Shown piece after piece: positions 39,735-52,565 of a DNA stretch of 64,000 nucleotides. Each line of letters begins with the position of its first letter. Position 1 is the stretch's first letter. Location of the stretch: positions 74,648,001 through 74,712,000 of the forward strand of contig NC_043008.1 in assembly GCF_006345805.1 (NCBI RefSeq), in the 5' to 3' direction. The position numbers and the translations under genes were made by a program. The DNA comes from Octopus sinensis. Taxonomy: Eukaryota. The notes beneath the pieces are model-generated. The model saw only the letters and a program-made list of their open reading frames with translations, was not told the origin of the DNA and ran no database searches.

Positions 39735-40145
39735 AACTCACGTGGGATATACCTATATATATGGATAAGGAGTTGCAATATAACCGACCATATATCACTC
39801 TCCTATGAAAGGAGTTCAAATAATGGACCTTCATCTATGTAGCTATAGCTGCAGACCATAATATTGTGAAGACAGAAGATAGAAAGTCAGGAAGTACCAA
39901 GACATTGCATCGGAAGTGAAACACATCCACAGAACCTCAAATATTGAATGTAGTACCTGTTATGGTCGGTGCACATGGGACTGTTGACCATCTCCAAAGA
40001 AAGCAATATTCTGGCCTCAAAATGTGCAAATACCAAACTTCATAGGAAGTATTTCATTGGCAACAATATTTGGAGCAGCTCATGTGTTGAGAAAAGCAAT
40101 GTGTTTCTAAGCTGCAGGATGCATAGTAATTAGAATAATAATAAT
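39735..40145 (+). mobile_element. 3' fragment of an R4/Dong-like element (RLE domain)
   Basis: KLTWDIPIYMDKELQYNRP, KVRKYQDIASEV, VVPVMVGAHG, GAAHVLRKAM*; followed by TAA-rich run. Confidence 0.8.
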
Positions 40146-40301
40146 TATAATTTCTTTATCTTCTAGAGGTGCCTAAAATATATGCTACTCTAGCAAAGAT
40201 AAAGTATTTAGATATATACATCAGCTTTCAATATATAATAGGAGAAAAAAATATATAAAATACACACCTAAAGTAATACATTGTTTAGTTTTGTTCCAAA
40301 G

Positions 40302-40498
40302 ACAGAAATTTGTTTGATTCATTTGACTCCAGTACATTACTGGTATTTGACTTCCTTAACCTTAATGGGATGAAGTGTAAAGATGTAAAGACAACAATTG
40401 CAGAATTTCAACAGAAACTTAGAGGGCTGGATCTAAATATTCCAAATGATTTTGGTCAACATTCTACCATTTCAGCCACAATGACAAATACCTACTGA
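40302..40498 (+). CDS. Candidate terminal coding exon (RNLFDSFDSSTLLVFDFLNLNGMKCKDVKTTIAEFQQKLRGLDL...TNTY*)
   Basis: Acceptor tttagttttgttccaaag; 65 open codons in AT-rich non-repetitive DNA; no homology recognised. Confidence 0.33.
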
Positions 40499-40705
40499 CC
40501 ATGCATTATAAAGGAATGTCTGTGTTTCATTGATTGATGAAGCTGTCCATTTGATAAAAGCTATCTTAGATAAGGAAGTAGGAATATATATATATATAGA
40601 TAAATAGATAGATAGATAGATAGATATAGATGTTCTTGCATGAATATAAAATAGAAATATATATATATATATACATATACTACCTCTATATACATATATC
40701 TATAC

Positions 40706-40762
<57 letters not shown>

Positions 40763-40807
40763 ACATACATATATGTATGTAGTACATACATGTGAGTGAG
40801 TGTGTGT

Positions 40808-40851
<44 letters not shown>

Positions 40852-41617
40852 TGGGAAAGTAGGAAGAAAATGATGAAATATAAAATAAACCTAGAAATAT
40901 AGTCGTATGTTAATAAGGACTGTTTGGAATGTAAAAATAGGGTTGTCTGTAATGATTGATGGCTGCAGTTGTGTTAGCCTGTGACATACGCAATGTATAA
41001 GGGACTGTGGGAGAAAGCAGTCCACTTTGAGACTGATGTTGACTATAAACTAACACATATAAACACATATGTCAATTGACAAGCCCATGGACAAATATAT
41101 GTGAAGTGTCACACACGGAAACGTATGCACATTGTTCTATGCTCACACTCAAACATAAATATGCACATTGTTATATACACCATGCACAGAGAAACAAACA
41201 ATATCAATGATAGAGAAACAAACAGTTTCATACACATACACACATATTGTCACACAAGCAGATATATAATCACACTCAGAAATATGCAAGAATCTAAACA
41301 AACACAAACCAACACATTATAACACAAACATACATTATTATATGAACTGTCATGCATACACTCATTGTCACAGAATGATATACAGAGGTACACAGATTGC
41401 CAAACATGCAGTAAAATCATGATCCTATGCACACACACACACACACACATGTACATAACTTACATAAAGAGAAATAAGAAATGGTTTGATGCCAAGTGAC
41501 AGAACTTAAACTGACTCTCCCTCCTCAGTCTAAAATGATAGTTCACCTCAGCTACTGATGGACCTCATTAGCATATATATGGATCATCAAAAGGATTCAG
41601 GAAAGGTACAAGGTCAC

Positions 41618-41835
41618 AAATATCGTTTCTAATTTTGACACAAGGCCAGCAATTTTGAGGGGAGGGGGAAAATTGATTAAATTTTCCCCAATACTTGAAA
41701 GGTACTTTATTTCATGAACTGTCAAAATGATGAAAGGCAAAGCTGACCTTAGTAAGATTTGAACGCAGAGTGCAAAGAACCAGAAGAAACACCACTAAGT
41801 ATTTTGATAGTCACACAAACAATTCTGCCAGCTTA
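41618..41835 (-). mobile_element. Diverged SINE family A
   Basis: gatgaaaggcaaagctgacc, aattctgccagc. Confidence 0.7.
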
Positions 41836-42096
41836 TCACTTGGCAGAGTAGTTGGTTAATATTTAATTTATTAACACCAGAAAAGATAGAAGAGAAATTT
41901 GGCAGTGACAAGATTTTAACTTAATAAGGAATAACAATGGTTTCTTATTTTGGCCCCAAACTATAGGGAAGTGGTAGGGTTAGTTGAATCATTTCTTGAT
42001 ATGATATTACTGGTATTGTATTTTCAATGACCCTCTCATATATGTTTGTGCATGTGCATGTGTGTGTGTGTGTATGCATGTGTGTGTGTGTGTGTG

Positions 42097-42320
42097 TGAA
42101 GGGGTGCTGAAAAGTTCCTGCCTTTGAGTAAAAGGAAATAAAAGAGAATCAGTTAATTATGATTTCATTTAACATATTCTACTATCAAATTCAGACACAT
42201 ATTGAATATTGCAGTGGTCCTTCAGTTTTTCTAAGCCCTGCTGAAGAACTCAGAAGGTTGGGCCTCCAACCAGGCCTTTCAAGAGACACTTAAAGCCAGG
42301 AACTTTTCAGCACCCCCATG
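42097..42320. mobile_element. Mariner-derived MITE
   Basis: TIRs ggggtgctgaaaagttcctg / caggaacttttcagcacccc, TA at 42321-22; internal remnant QGLEKLKDHC of a mariner C-terminus on the - strand. Confidence 0.8.
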
Positions 42321-42699
42321 TACACACACACACACATACACACACACACAAACGAATATGTGTGGGCATGGGCACATTAGTGCATGCATAAATGTGCACA
42401 TACACATATACACATGTGTGTACATATATGTATATATATATGCATGCATACACACACACACATATATATATATGTATGTATGTATATATATATATATATA
42501 TATAATATATATATATATATATGCATGCACACACACATGCATTTTCATTTATATGTACATATGTATATATGTGTGCATGCATATGTATGCATGTTTGCAC
42601 ATGTATATATGAGTGTACATGTGCATAACAAGCACTGGAGATTGGTAATTGGTGGTCCTGCTCATGAGGGTTGGTTGGTGACAGTGACCTTGGTGCAGG

Positions 42700-43460
42700 C
42701 AGTGTAGGCTAGCAGCTGGTACTAAGGTGGTATATCCAGGTTGTCAGTGCCTAGTGGCTTGAAATTTGCCAGAAGGGCATACCTCTGGAGACAGCAGTAA
42801 GATAGCTCATATTTCTTGTTGATAGATACTGCAGATTGTTGGAGGATATGCAGTTTTTTATGGAGGCAGAGCCGGCAGTTAGGGGTGCCAGGTGAATATG
42901 GTGGAACTTCGTCAACAATAGACCATTTGATGCTGGGTGTTTTGTCTTGGAGGTCATGGAGTCTCCATAGAAATTGCAACAAGGCAGTAGAGTTCTCTCT
43001 GTCTCTGAATCTGAATGAGTGCGTGTACATGGAGTATCTTCCCTTGCAGTCATTAGCTGTCATATTCATATAGTGCCTAGTGATGCCGTTAGATAGTGTA
43101 AGAGTTGATCTGTATTCTACAGCCCTAACGGGCAGGTGGTGTGGTTTCGGAAGTTGCAGTTTGAGGTTGGGCTTTCTGCAGGTGTATTTTTACATTTGTT
43201 GATGTGTGTGATTTTAGATGCAATGTTGTCTAAGCAGGAGCAGCTTATCTTGTCATTATGGGAGGTGAAGTGTTTGTGATTTTTGTGGCCTCTGGAGAAG
43301 TGTTTTTTAATTAACAGCAGGAAGCCCCTAACTACATTGGTAAAAACTTCTAGATTGAAAGCAGGGTTATACCAGATAATTTTCCTTTTCCTAATCCTCT
43401 TGGGTGAGGAGAGGGGATTTGGGGATCGTCCACAAATGTTAGTTTCTCAGTAAACCCACT
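42700..43460 (-). mobile_element. Penelope-like element 3' fragment (linker and GIY-YIG C-terminus)
   Basis: RKRKIIWYNPAF..FLLLIKKHF, TCPLG, HSFR..STALLQFLW..IKWSIV..PY..CRLCLHKKLHI; typical of marine invertebrate PLEs (Naiad-like by recall). Confidence 0.8.
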
Positions 43461-43772
43461 CTTAGCCAGAAGCATCATTGTAGTGGCATAGCAGCCCTAT
43501 CAAAGAGCTCTTGTTCACCATGTGATATTTTCCAAGTAACTATTATTGCTGATATACCAACATCAAACTGCAGCACCATGTGACCTTCCTTGACCAATTA
43601 CAGCCCACCTTATTGTAATAACAAATGACTTCCTTCAACTTCTCTCATTCAAAATGGCTGAAGATTAGCATCATCCTTGAAACTCAGAGTATCATCGAAT
43701 TTGAATCAAACTATTTTATTCATCATCATTGTTTAATATCTGCCTTCTATGCTGGCATGCATATATATATAT

Positions 43773-45658
43773 GTATTTAGGAATGGTCATTTTGCCAGTT
43801 TAGCCAATAAAAACACACGCACTATATATTTGGTGTTACTTTGCTTCAGTGTTATTTATTTTTTACATTAATCTTAATCTTATTTCGGCCAGAGTTCTTT
43901 CGTCACACTCCTGTGACTGCATCAGTGGTCCTTTGTTTTCTTCTTACTTATTTGTGTCTCTCCTTACTAACCGTCAGCCATTTTGTATTTCTATTGTATG
44001 TCTTCATTTGTGCATGCTTATATCTCTATGTGCGTTTATGTTTATTTAGTGTGTGTTAGTGGGGGATGCCTGTAATATTTGTATCTTCTGTTTATATATG
44101 TTCATGTAATTTGTAATTTTATATGTTCATGTAATTTGTAGGAAGACACATATAGAAAGATGGCGCGGATGGACCAGAGCTATACGGAGCTCCGCAAATG
44201 TCCATCAGATAAAGAAAATGATCGCACATGCACTAGGAGCTAGTATAAGAATTACCCTAAAAAGCCACACGTTTAAGTTTAATAATAAAATATATGCCCA
44301 GGACGAGGGGGCAGCCATCGGCGTTAGTATCGCTGGTGATGTGGCCAATCTTTTCATGGTATGGTGGGACAGAAGACTTAAAGAACGCCTAACACAGAAC
44401 TCCATACTCGTAAACATGTACTCTCGCTATGTTGATGATAACAACATAGTGGTAAAGGCACCCCCACAAGAGAGTAATGTTGATATAGTAATAAAAACTA
44501 ATACTATGGAGAGCATCCAGCAAATAGCTAACTCCATCCACCAGAGTATTAAGGTCACAATAGACTACCCCACTAAACACCCCAACCATAGACTACCAGT
44601 ACTAGACACTGAACTCTGCTAGAAATTGTGAATAATAAAACCCAAATCCTTCATTCATACTATGCCAAACCTATGGCCTCAAAATACTTGATCCACCGGA
44701 ACTCAGCCATTGCGGACAATGCCAAATTCAATATTTTGATGGCAGACCTCGTCAGAATAATGAGAAATGTGTCATGCATGTGCGAGCGCACAGAGTTAAA
44801 GAGACACATGCAATATTTCATTCACCGCATGCAGTTCTCAGGTTACCGCCATAAAGAAAGGATCAGAGTATACAAAGGAGCCATTAAAAAATTTGATAAT
44901 ATATTATGTAATGATAGGAATGGGATTTGCCCACTCTACAGGAACAAGTCATGGAACACTATAGAAAGGACAAAAAAGAAAATAGGGAAGGCCAACTCTT
45001 GGTATGATAGCCATAAATACCAGAGTGTCATGTTCGTTGACACCAGCCCTGGAGGTGAACTGGCATATCGTTTTAGAAGGACCCTAGACAAACTTAAGCT
45101 AAGAATTAAGGTTGTTGAAAAGCCAGGCAACCCTATCAAATCTATAATTGGTAGAACCTATCCTTTTAGTAGAACCCCCTGCATGGATAAGTAGTGTACT
45201 GTATGTAGATTTAGCCCACAAACAAACTGTAAAGCCAGAAATGTAGTCTATAGTTTAAGATGTATAGAGGGACGATGCAGTAACAAGACAACGACATACG
45301 TAGGGGAAACGGCAAGAAGCATAGGAGAGCGGGTAAATGAGCATTGGAGACAACTCAAGGAAGGTAAAAGCTCATCGATTCTGTACCAACACGCCAAACA
45401 AGAACACGGGGGATCAATCAATAACATAGAAATTAAAATATTATCCACACATAGATCAGATGCAACAATTAGACAAATTACAGAAGCTACACACATAATA
45501 GAAAATAAACCTAGTCTGAATAGAAAACTAGAATGGAGCACTAACACACACCACAACATATGACGATAGAGGATCCTGAAAACATAATAAATACACAGAT
45601 AAATAAATAAACTAATAGAAATAAATAACTATATATATATATATATGTATATGTATAT

Positions 45659-45719
<61 letters not shown>

Positions 45720-46246
45720 TTTTCGATTCAATTTATTATTATTATTATTACTAGTATTGTTGTTATACATACATACATACATACATACATACAAGCATAT
45801 GTAATGATAATAATCGGTGGATGTAAACACATGAACAAAACAAGAATAAACAAAAACAACAAAAACAACCACAACAAAAACAAAAACAAAAAAAAATACA
45901 AAATACAAATTACATGAACATATATAAACAGAAAATAAAAATATTACAGGCATCCCCCACTAACACACACTAAATAAACATAAACGCACATAGAGATATA
46001 AGCATGCACAAATGAAGACATACAATAGAAATACAAAATGGCTGACGGTTAGTAAGGAGAGACACAAATAAGTAAGAAGAAAACAAAGGACCACTGATGC
46101 GGTCACAGGAGTGTGACGAAAGAACTCTGGCCGAAATAAGATTAAGATTAATGTAAAAAATAAATAACACTGAAGCAAAGTAACACCAAATATATAGTGC
46201 GTGTGTTTTTATTGGCTAAACTGGCAAAATGACCATTCCTAAATAC
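43773..46246 (+). mobile_element. Penelope-like element: 5'-truncated RT and GIY-YIG ORF (44160-45563) between inverted pseudo-LTRs (43773-44115, 45905-46246)
   Basis: GAAIGVSIAG..YSRYVDD (44428-44439); RNVVY..TYVGETARSIGERVNEH; one frameshift near 44620 and a stop at 45192; about 345-bp near-identical inverted flanks. Confidence 0.92.
46088..46132 (+). ncRNA. Hammerhead-like motif in PLE pseudo-LTR (mirror copy 43887-43931, -)
   Basis: CCA-CUGAUGC(G/A)-GUCAC aggagu GUGAC-GAAAG aa CUC-UGG. Confidence 0.5.
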
Positions 46247-46329
46247 AACAATATCTGTTTCAACACACGACTTCACATAAAAAATCTTGCACAACAAATA
46301 TTCAAACGTACTATATATATATATATATA

Positions 46330-46478
46330 TGGCGTTAGGAAGGGCATCCAGCTGTAGAAACACTGCCAGATCTGACTGGCCTGGTGCAGCCTTCGGGCTT
46401 GCCAGACCCCAGTTGAACCGTCCAACCCATGCTAGCATGGAAAGCGGACGTTAAACGATGATGATGATGATGATGATG
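46330..46478 (+). mobile_element. RTE-type 3' tail fragment
   Basis: ggcgttaggaagggcatccagc...gcggacgttaaac(gat)n. Confidence 0.75.
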
Positions 46479-46699
46479 ATATATATATATATATATATTT
46501 AGATAGATAGATAGATAGATATAGATATATATATACATAGATAAATAGATAGAAAGATAGATAGATAGACAGATAGACAGATAGATAGATATGTATATAA
46601 ATATCTGTTTGTTGTCTACACCACCTGTCTTCGTCTTTTGTCTTTTTTTGTGAATATGTATATGTATATATATATATACTCTCTTTTTTTTACTCTCTT

Positions 46700-47100
46700 T
46701 TACATGTTTCAGTCATTTGACTGCGGCCATGCTGGAGCACCGCCTTTAGTCGAGCAAATCGACCCCGGGACTTATTCTTTGTAAGCCCAGTACTTATTCT
46801 ATTGGTCTCTTTTTGCCGAACTGCTAAGTGACGGGGACGTAAACACACCAGCATCGGTTGTCAAGCAATGCTAGGGGGACAAACACAGACACACAAACAC
46901 ACACACACATACATATATAAATATATAAATATATATACGACAGGCTTCTTTCAGTTTCCGTCTACCAAATCCACTCACAAGGCATTGGTCGGCCCAGGGC
47001 TATAGCAGAAGACACTTTCCCAAGATGCCACGCAGTGGGACTGAACCCGGAACCATGTGGTTGGTTAGCAAGCTACTTACCACACAGCCACTCCTGCACC
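46700..47100 (-). mobile_element. SINE family B, well conserved
   Basis: Complete tail and head (ccacacagccactcctgc). Confidence 0.9.
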
Positions 47101-47210
47101 TATATATATATACATTTAAATATTTGTTGTGCAAGATTTTTTATGTGAAGTTGTGTGTTGAAACATATTGTTATATTTCGGAATGGTCATTTTGCCAGTT
47201 TAGCCAATAA

Positions 47211-47847
47211 ATATAGGCACAGGCATGGCTGTGTAGTAAGAAACTCACTTCCCAACCACAGTGGTTCTAGGTTCAGTCCCACTGTGTGGCAGCTTGGGTA
47301 AGCATCTTCATCTATATCCTTGGGATGACCAAAGCCCAGTGAATGGATTTGGTAGACAGAAACTAAAAGAAGCTCATTGTATACACACACTTTATATATA
47401 TATATATATATTTGTTTCAGTCAGTTGACTGCAGCCATGCTTGGGTATCGCCTTGAAGAATTTTTTAGTCAAATGAATCAACCCCAGTACTTATTTTTTT
47501 TACAAGCCTGGTACTTATTCTATTGGTATCTTTTGCTGAACCGCTAACTTACAGGATGTAAACACACCAGCAGTAGTTGTCAAGTGGTGGTGGAGGGATG
47601 AACACAGACATAAAGACACACAAACATACACACACATACACATACAAACACACACACATATATATGCGTGTGTGTATACAATGAGCTTCTTTTAGTTTCT
47701 GTCTACCAAATCCATTCACTGGGCTTTGGTCATCCCAAGGATATAGATGAAGATGCTTACCCAAGCTGCCACACAGTGAGACTGAACCTAGAACCACTGT
47801 GGTTGGGAAGTGAGTTTCTTACTACACAGCCATGCCTGTGCCTATAT
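47211..47847. repeat. Inverted duplication of a SINE B head, 180-bp arms (47211-47390, 47668-47847)
   Basis: Arms identical except one substitution (cccact vs ctcact). Confidence 0.93.
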
Positions 47848-47871
47848 ATATATTCCCTAATATTATTATTA

Positions 47872-48012
47872 TACACACACACATATATATATTTGAAATT
47901 TACAGAAAAACAAAAGACAAAGACAGGTGTATAAACAACAAGCAGGTGTATTAGTTTGATGCTCAGGAAGGTGAGAAAGTCTTTTACATGTTGAGCCTAC
48001 ACTCTTCAACAG
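47872..48012. repeat. Dispersed PLE-LTR-like repeat, second copy at 50836-50975
   Basis: atttgaaatttacagaaaaa...gctcaggaaggtgagaaagtcttttaca...gagcctacactcttcaacaga in both copies. Confidence 0.8.
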
Positions 48013-48424
48013 AGGATATAAAAAGAAAAGATTACCATTTTATGTTTTTGTACCTTTGTTGTTGTCTGTAATAATATCCAACCAGAAACATTTTTCAAAC
48101 TTCAGTTGTTTCATTAGCATTTTTATAAAAAAATACAGCAAGCACACACACATGCAAGGGACTCTTGGGATATCATAATTAAGTGTCAACATTTTCCAGA
48201 TGGAGGACACTATCAGAAACATTGAATCTTCCGCTCCCCCTGGAGTAAATAACTTTTAAATATGAAACGATTATAGAATATTCAATATTATTTAGTCTGC
48301 TCAGAAATTTCCATCATTTATTCAATTATACAAAACAACAAAGGGTTGGGGATCTGTGATTTTTGTTTGTGGGACTAAGAAGCATTTTGAAGGAATGAAT
48401 TAGGGTCAGTACAATTCACATTAC

Positions 48425-48569
48425 ATTTCTGAGAGGAGCTGTTGTGAGAGCAATTATACTGTGACTTCCCATAAGTCTGAATTTGTTGAAATTATGTCTT
48501 GGTTGCCATTGTACATTTCTGCTTGGAATTTTGTATACAATGATGGAGTGAATAGAAAAAATATCTCTC
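48425..48569 (-). CDS. Candidate 145-nt exon
   Basis: Strong acceptor cttcattctttatactgtcttctttcag, donor gtaatg; frame ambiguous. Confidence 0.22.
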
Positions 48570-50199
48570 CTGAAAGAAGACAGTATAAAGAATGAAGCTG
48601 AGCAGACAGACAGCCTTTAGCTTATCACTGTTAACAACAACAGCTATAACAACAACAATTGTACTTTTAGTACACAAGACTATTGTGAAGAGAGAATTAT
48701 GGGAAATATCTCAGTATAATGGTCTGGAAACATTCAACAAGAGAATGGAAATATGATCTGGAGACTGTTTTTGAGAAAAGGAGAAATAAAATATTGTGTA
48801 AAATTATAGGGGAGTTAGAAAAGTTTATACTCTTACCACTACCATCTTCATTAAGTGGCAATGGTGATAATGATGGTAGTGGTGGAGTGGTTGTGGTTAT
48901 GGTGGTACAAGGGAAATTCTGAAACTAGTGTTATTGATATATAATAGAGAAAGGGATAGAGTGGGAGGCGAGATTAGCAAAGACAATATAACAATGGCAA
49001 CAAACAACCACAACAACAGCAGCAGCAACAACAACAATAACAACCCTAAATGGCTAAGAAAAGAAAAAAATGGTAGAGTTTGATGATGATGATGATGATG
49101 ATGATGACAAGGATGATGATGACGACGACGATGGTGATGATGATAATGTGTATTCTGTTAATGATATTGTGGGTGATATTATAATTATTATCATCATCAT
49201 CGTCATCGTTGTTGTTGCCATCATCTTCATCATCATCGTCATCATTATTACTATTATCATCATCATCATTATTACTATTATCATCATCCTCATCATAATT
49301 ATTATTGTGATGATGATACAGACAATTGTGCTGAAGTATTGATAATGATGAAGGTGATGTTGGTGGTGGTGGTGGTGGTGTTGGAAGTGGTAATGATGAT
49401 GATGGTGAGAATGGTGATGAATAAGACAGGAACAACAAGAGAATACAACAATTGAAGCAGCAGGAGCAACAACAACAGAGATACAACAGAGCGACAGTGA
49501 TGAAAAGGAAAAGGAAATTTAATAATAATAATGAGGAGGAGGAGAAGAAGAGGAAAAAGAAGAATGTTATGATGATGATGATGATGATGATAATGATGAT
49601 GATAAAAGCTGTGTGATATGAATGAAATGAGTGAAGACTAAAGTCTTGGAGAGAATCGATTCTAACAAGTTCAACAACGGGGCCAGAAAGTTATCTTGGA
49701 ATTCTTCAATTTCTTCAAGAAGATATTCTATATAATAAGTTGGTCAAGAAAAGACAGAAAAATACTAAACTGTTCTGCTAATACTTCTAAAAATTGGAAG
49801 CATTGGCATGGTAGGCAGCAACAGCAGTAGTGGTGGTAGTAGTAGTAGTTGTTGTAGTGGTGGTGGTTGTCATAGCAGCAGGCATAGTGAACTTACCTCT
49901 TTCACATATGCATGTCTAGTCATCCTTATGAACTTAGACACATCACATGACATTGTTATTCATTTAGTAAACATTAAACATTATTATTGTTTTTAATTTC
50001 ATGTCTTTCTGAGGTGGCTGATCATTATAACCATCATTTCAATCATTGTTTTAATGCCTGCTTCTTCATGCTTGCATGGGTCAGATGAGGGTGAAAATTG
50101 GAGAAGCTTGAGGTATGAAGCATTGGTGGAACCAATTCAAAGTTAGACTTTTGGTAATCCAGGCTCAGGGTTGTGCATCCAGTGGACAGGCAGCAGATT

Positions 50200-50782
50200 T
50201 TTATTCTTATTTTTGAAGGCTCTTGGATTCGCGGATAGTGCTTTCATTGATATCATAACAGCAACCTACTGCAGCATAACGTTTACCTTCTTGGAGCATA
50301 TCCAGCAGTTGTACCATCTCAAGTAATGTCACAACCTTTTTCTGGTGCTTAGATTCACTGCCAGAAGACTTAGAAAGTTTAGGGAGTTTGGGTGGCATCT
50401 TATGGCTTTAATAACATGCTGCAAAAGACACAGTGCTTGACAAAACACTCGAGATAGCTACTGGATGCAGTTTTACCCTAAAAACGTACAAAAAATACTT
50501 CCTTGCATCTAATATGCATGTACAACCAATGGGAGATTGAGCAGAGACTTAAAATAATCATGGTTTTGAAAAATTGAGTTTGTATTATGACTAGATACAG
50601 TAATCTATGCTGTAATAATGACAATAAGAGAAAGAGAGAGAGGGAGAGAGAGAGAGAGAGATTGCCATGAAAGAAGTCATAAAAGATAGCAGATGGTATT
50701 TATGATTCCACGAATATGTGGTAGTTTCCATGAAAAATTATTCATTCTGCAAATGCTGAACCGTGAATAAGCAGGGAGTACA

Positions 50783-50785
<3 letters not shown>
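50200..50785 (-). mobile_element. Tigger/pogo-type DNA transposon 5' fragment
   Basis: Terminus TA-cagtgtactccctgcttattcacgg; HTH remnant MPPK..KHQKKVVTLLEMVQLLDML.EGKRYAAVG..YDINESTIR. Confidence 0.8.
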
Positions 50786-50826
<41 letters not shown>

Positions 50827-51120
50827 CACACACCCACACACACATATATATATATTTGAAATTTACAGAAAAATAAAAGACGAACACAGGTGTATAAACA
50901 ACAAGCACGTGTATCAGTTTCATGCTCAGGAAGGTGAGAAAGTCTTTTACATTTTGAGCCTACACTCTTCAACAGAAAGGAACATGAAGAAATAAAGAGA
51001 GGGAGAAAAAAAACTTTTGGAGTTAGCAGTCAATATATATATACATATATATATATTGTTGTCTGTGGAGACAAATTTTTGTAGAAAAAGGAAATGGTAA
51101 TCTTTTGGCTGATATTTGTA

Positions 51121-51182
<62 letters not shown>

Positions 51183-51399
51183 CCTGCTCGCTTAGCCAGC
51201 AGGGTGGCGTCATTTGAAGGCTAAAACAATGCGATCGCATTGTGACCAGCGATGTGTAGCAACATCTGATAGCCTGGTCGGTTACGGTGATACAGTGATA
51301 TATATATATATGTCCAACCCATGGTAGCATGGAAAGCAGACGTTAAACGACGATGACAATGAAGATATATATATATATGATGGCTGTCAGGGTCAGTTG

Positions 51400-52350
51400 A
51401 CAGTCCTGAACCAGTCTTGTCCTCATAGCAAAACCAACTGAGAGAAGGCAACATTTACAGTCTTCCTTTCACTCCCAAAAGGTGTAGCCTGAACCTAATT
51501 CCTCAATTTTACCATCTCCTGAAAGTTTCATCTCACTCAGAGCAGCAATGTTGAACTTCACAGTCTCACCAGTTCTTGAGTTACAAAGACACTTCTTCTT
51601 TCACTTGTCATTTACTTTTAAACTGAGCAAAATTCTAACATTCTATGTTCTAACATTCTATGTTCTGATAGTCATGACATATGGGTGATTAAGATTGTTT
51701 CTTGTAACTCTGACTGTTTCTAGTGGACCTGCTGGATACATATTTCCAGCCAGCTTTAAAGTTACTTCCAATATTTAGCCCACATTTACTAGGACCTTCC
51801 TTTTCCAGAGGAACGAGGGCTGCAGTGTTCCTATATTGGATTGCCCAGACATTGTGGAAGGACTAGATTTCTGAGGAGTCATGAACTCTAGAAATGAACC
51901 ATTACACATCTGTTGACAACATGCAAATATAGATTAGGAGCTTCTAGTTTCACAAAAACCTGCGGCCATTATCCTTGTTGGATCCTTGTAAAGGAAGGTG
52001 AAAGATGTGAAAAAAATCAGTGAGGCAGTTCTAGTAGCATGGTTTTGATTAGGCTGAATCTCAACTTTTCAGTAAATGACCCATGCACTGTGGTTTCAAA
52101 GACATCCTCTGAGGTACTGCAGAATCAGGCAACAAAACTGCAACAGAAAGCTGTCAGACCGAATATTATTTGAGCTGTGCCTTCATAGCCAGTCCATCTG
52201 ATACTGCCTTCTTCCATTAGTTAAGCCATCATAAGTCTTCTCCCACAAGGTAAGCCACTATAGGTCTTCATCCATTTGTTCTTCCATTGAGGACGTTTGC
52301 TATTAGTTTTCAAATTGTACCCCTCTAGACTTCCCAGTTCAGTAGGAACA
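51400..52350 (-). mobile_element. RTE-clade LINE 5' fragment (APE endonuclease remnant)
   Basis: VKFNIAALSEMKLSGDG and GSGYTF remnants; boundaries approximate. Confidence 0.65.
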
Positions 52351-52534
52351 GGCTCACCTTGTGATCGTTTTAGCTAGGACAGTCTTGCTACTAAATCAAA
52401 GATTCTGGTATTTCCCAGTATGTACATACATACATCCATCCATATGCACACACGCACACACACACACACACACACAAACACACACATACATACATACATA
52501 CATACATACATACATACATACATACATACATACA

Positions 52535-52562
<28 letters not shown>

Positions 52563-52565
<3 letters not shown>

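Noticed and set aside
42700-43460. Possible selenocysteine recoding, reported for some Naiad-type PLEs
   Set aside because: No in-frame TGA at a conserved Cys position and no SECIS-like hairpin recognised; the copy is decayed.
45558-45585. AUGACGA..AGGAUCCU-GAAA hammerhead-like string at the PLE ORF end
   Set aside because: No convincing stems I and III.
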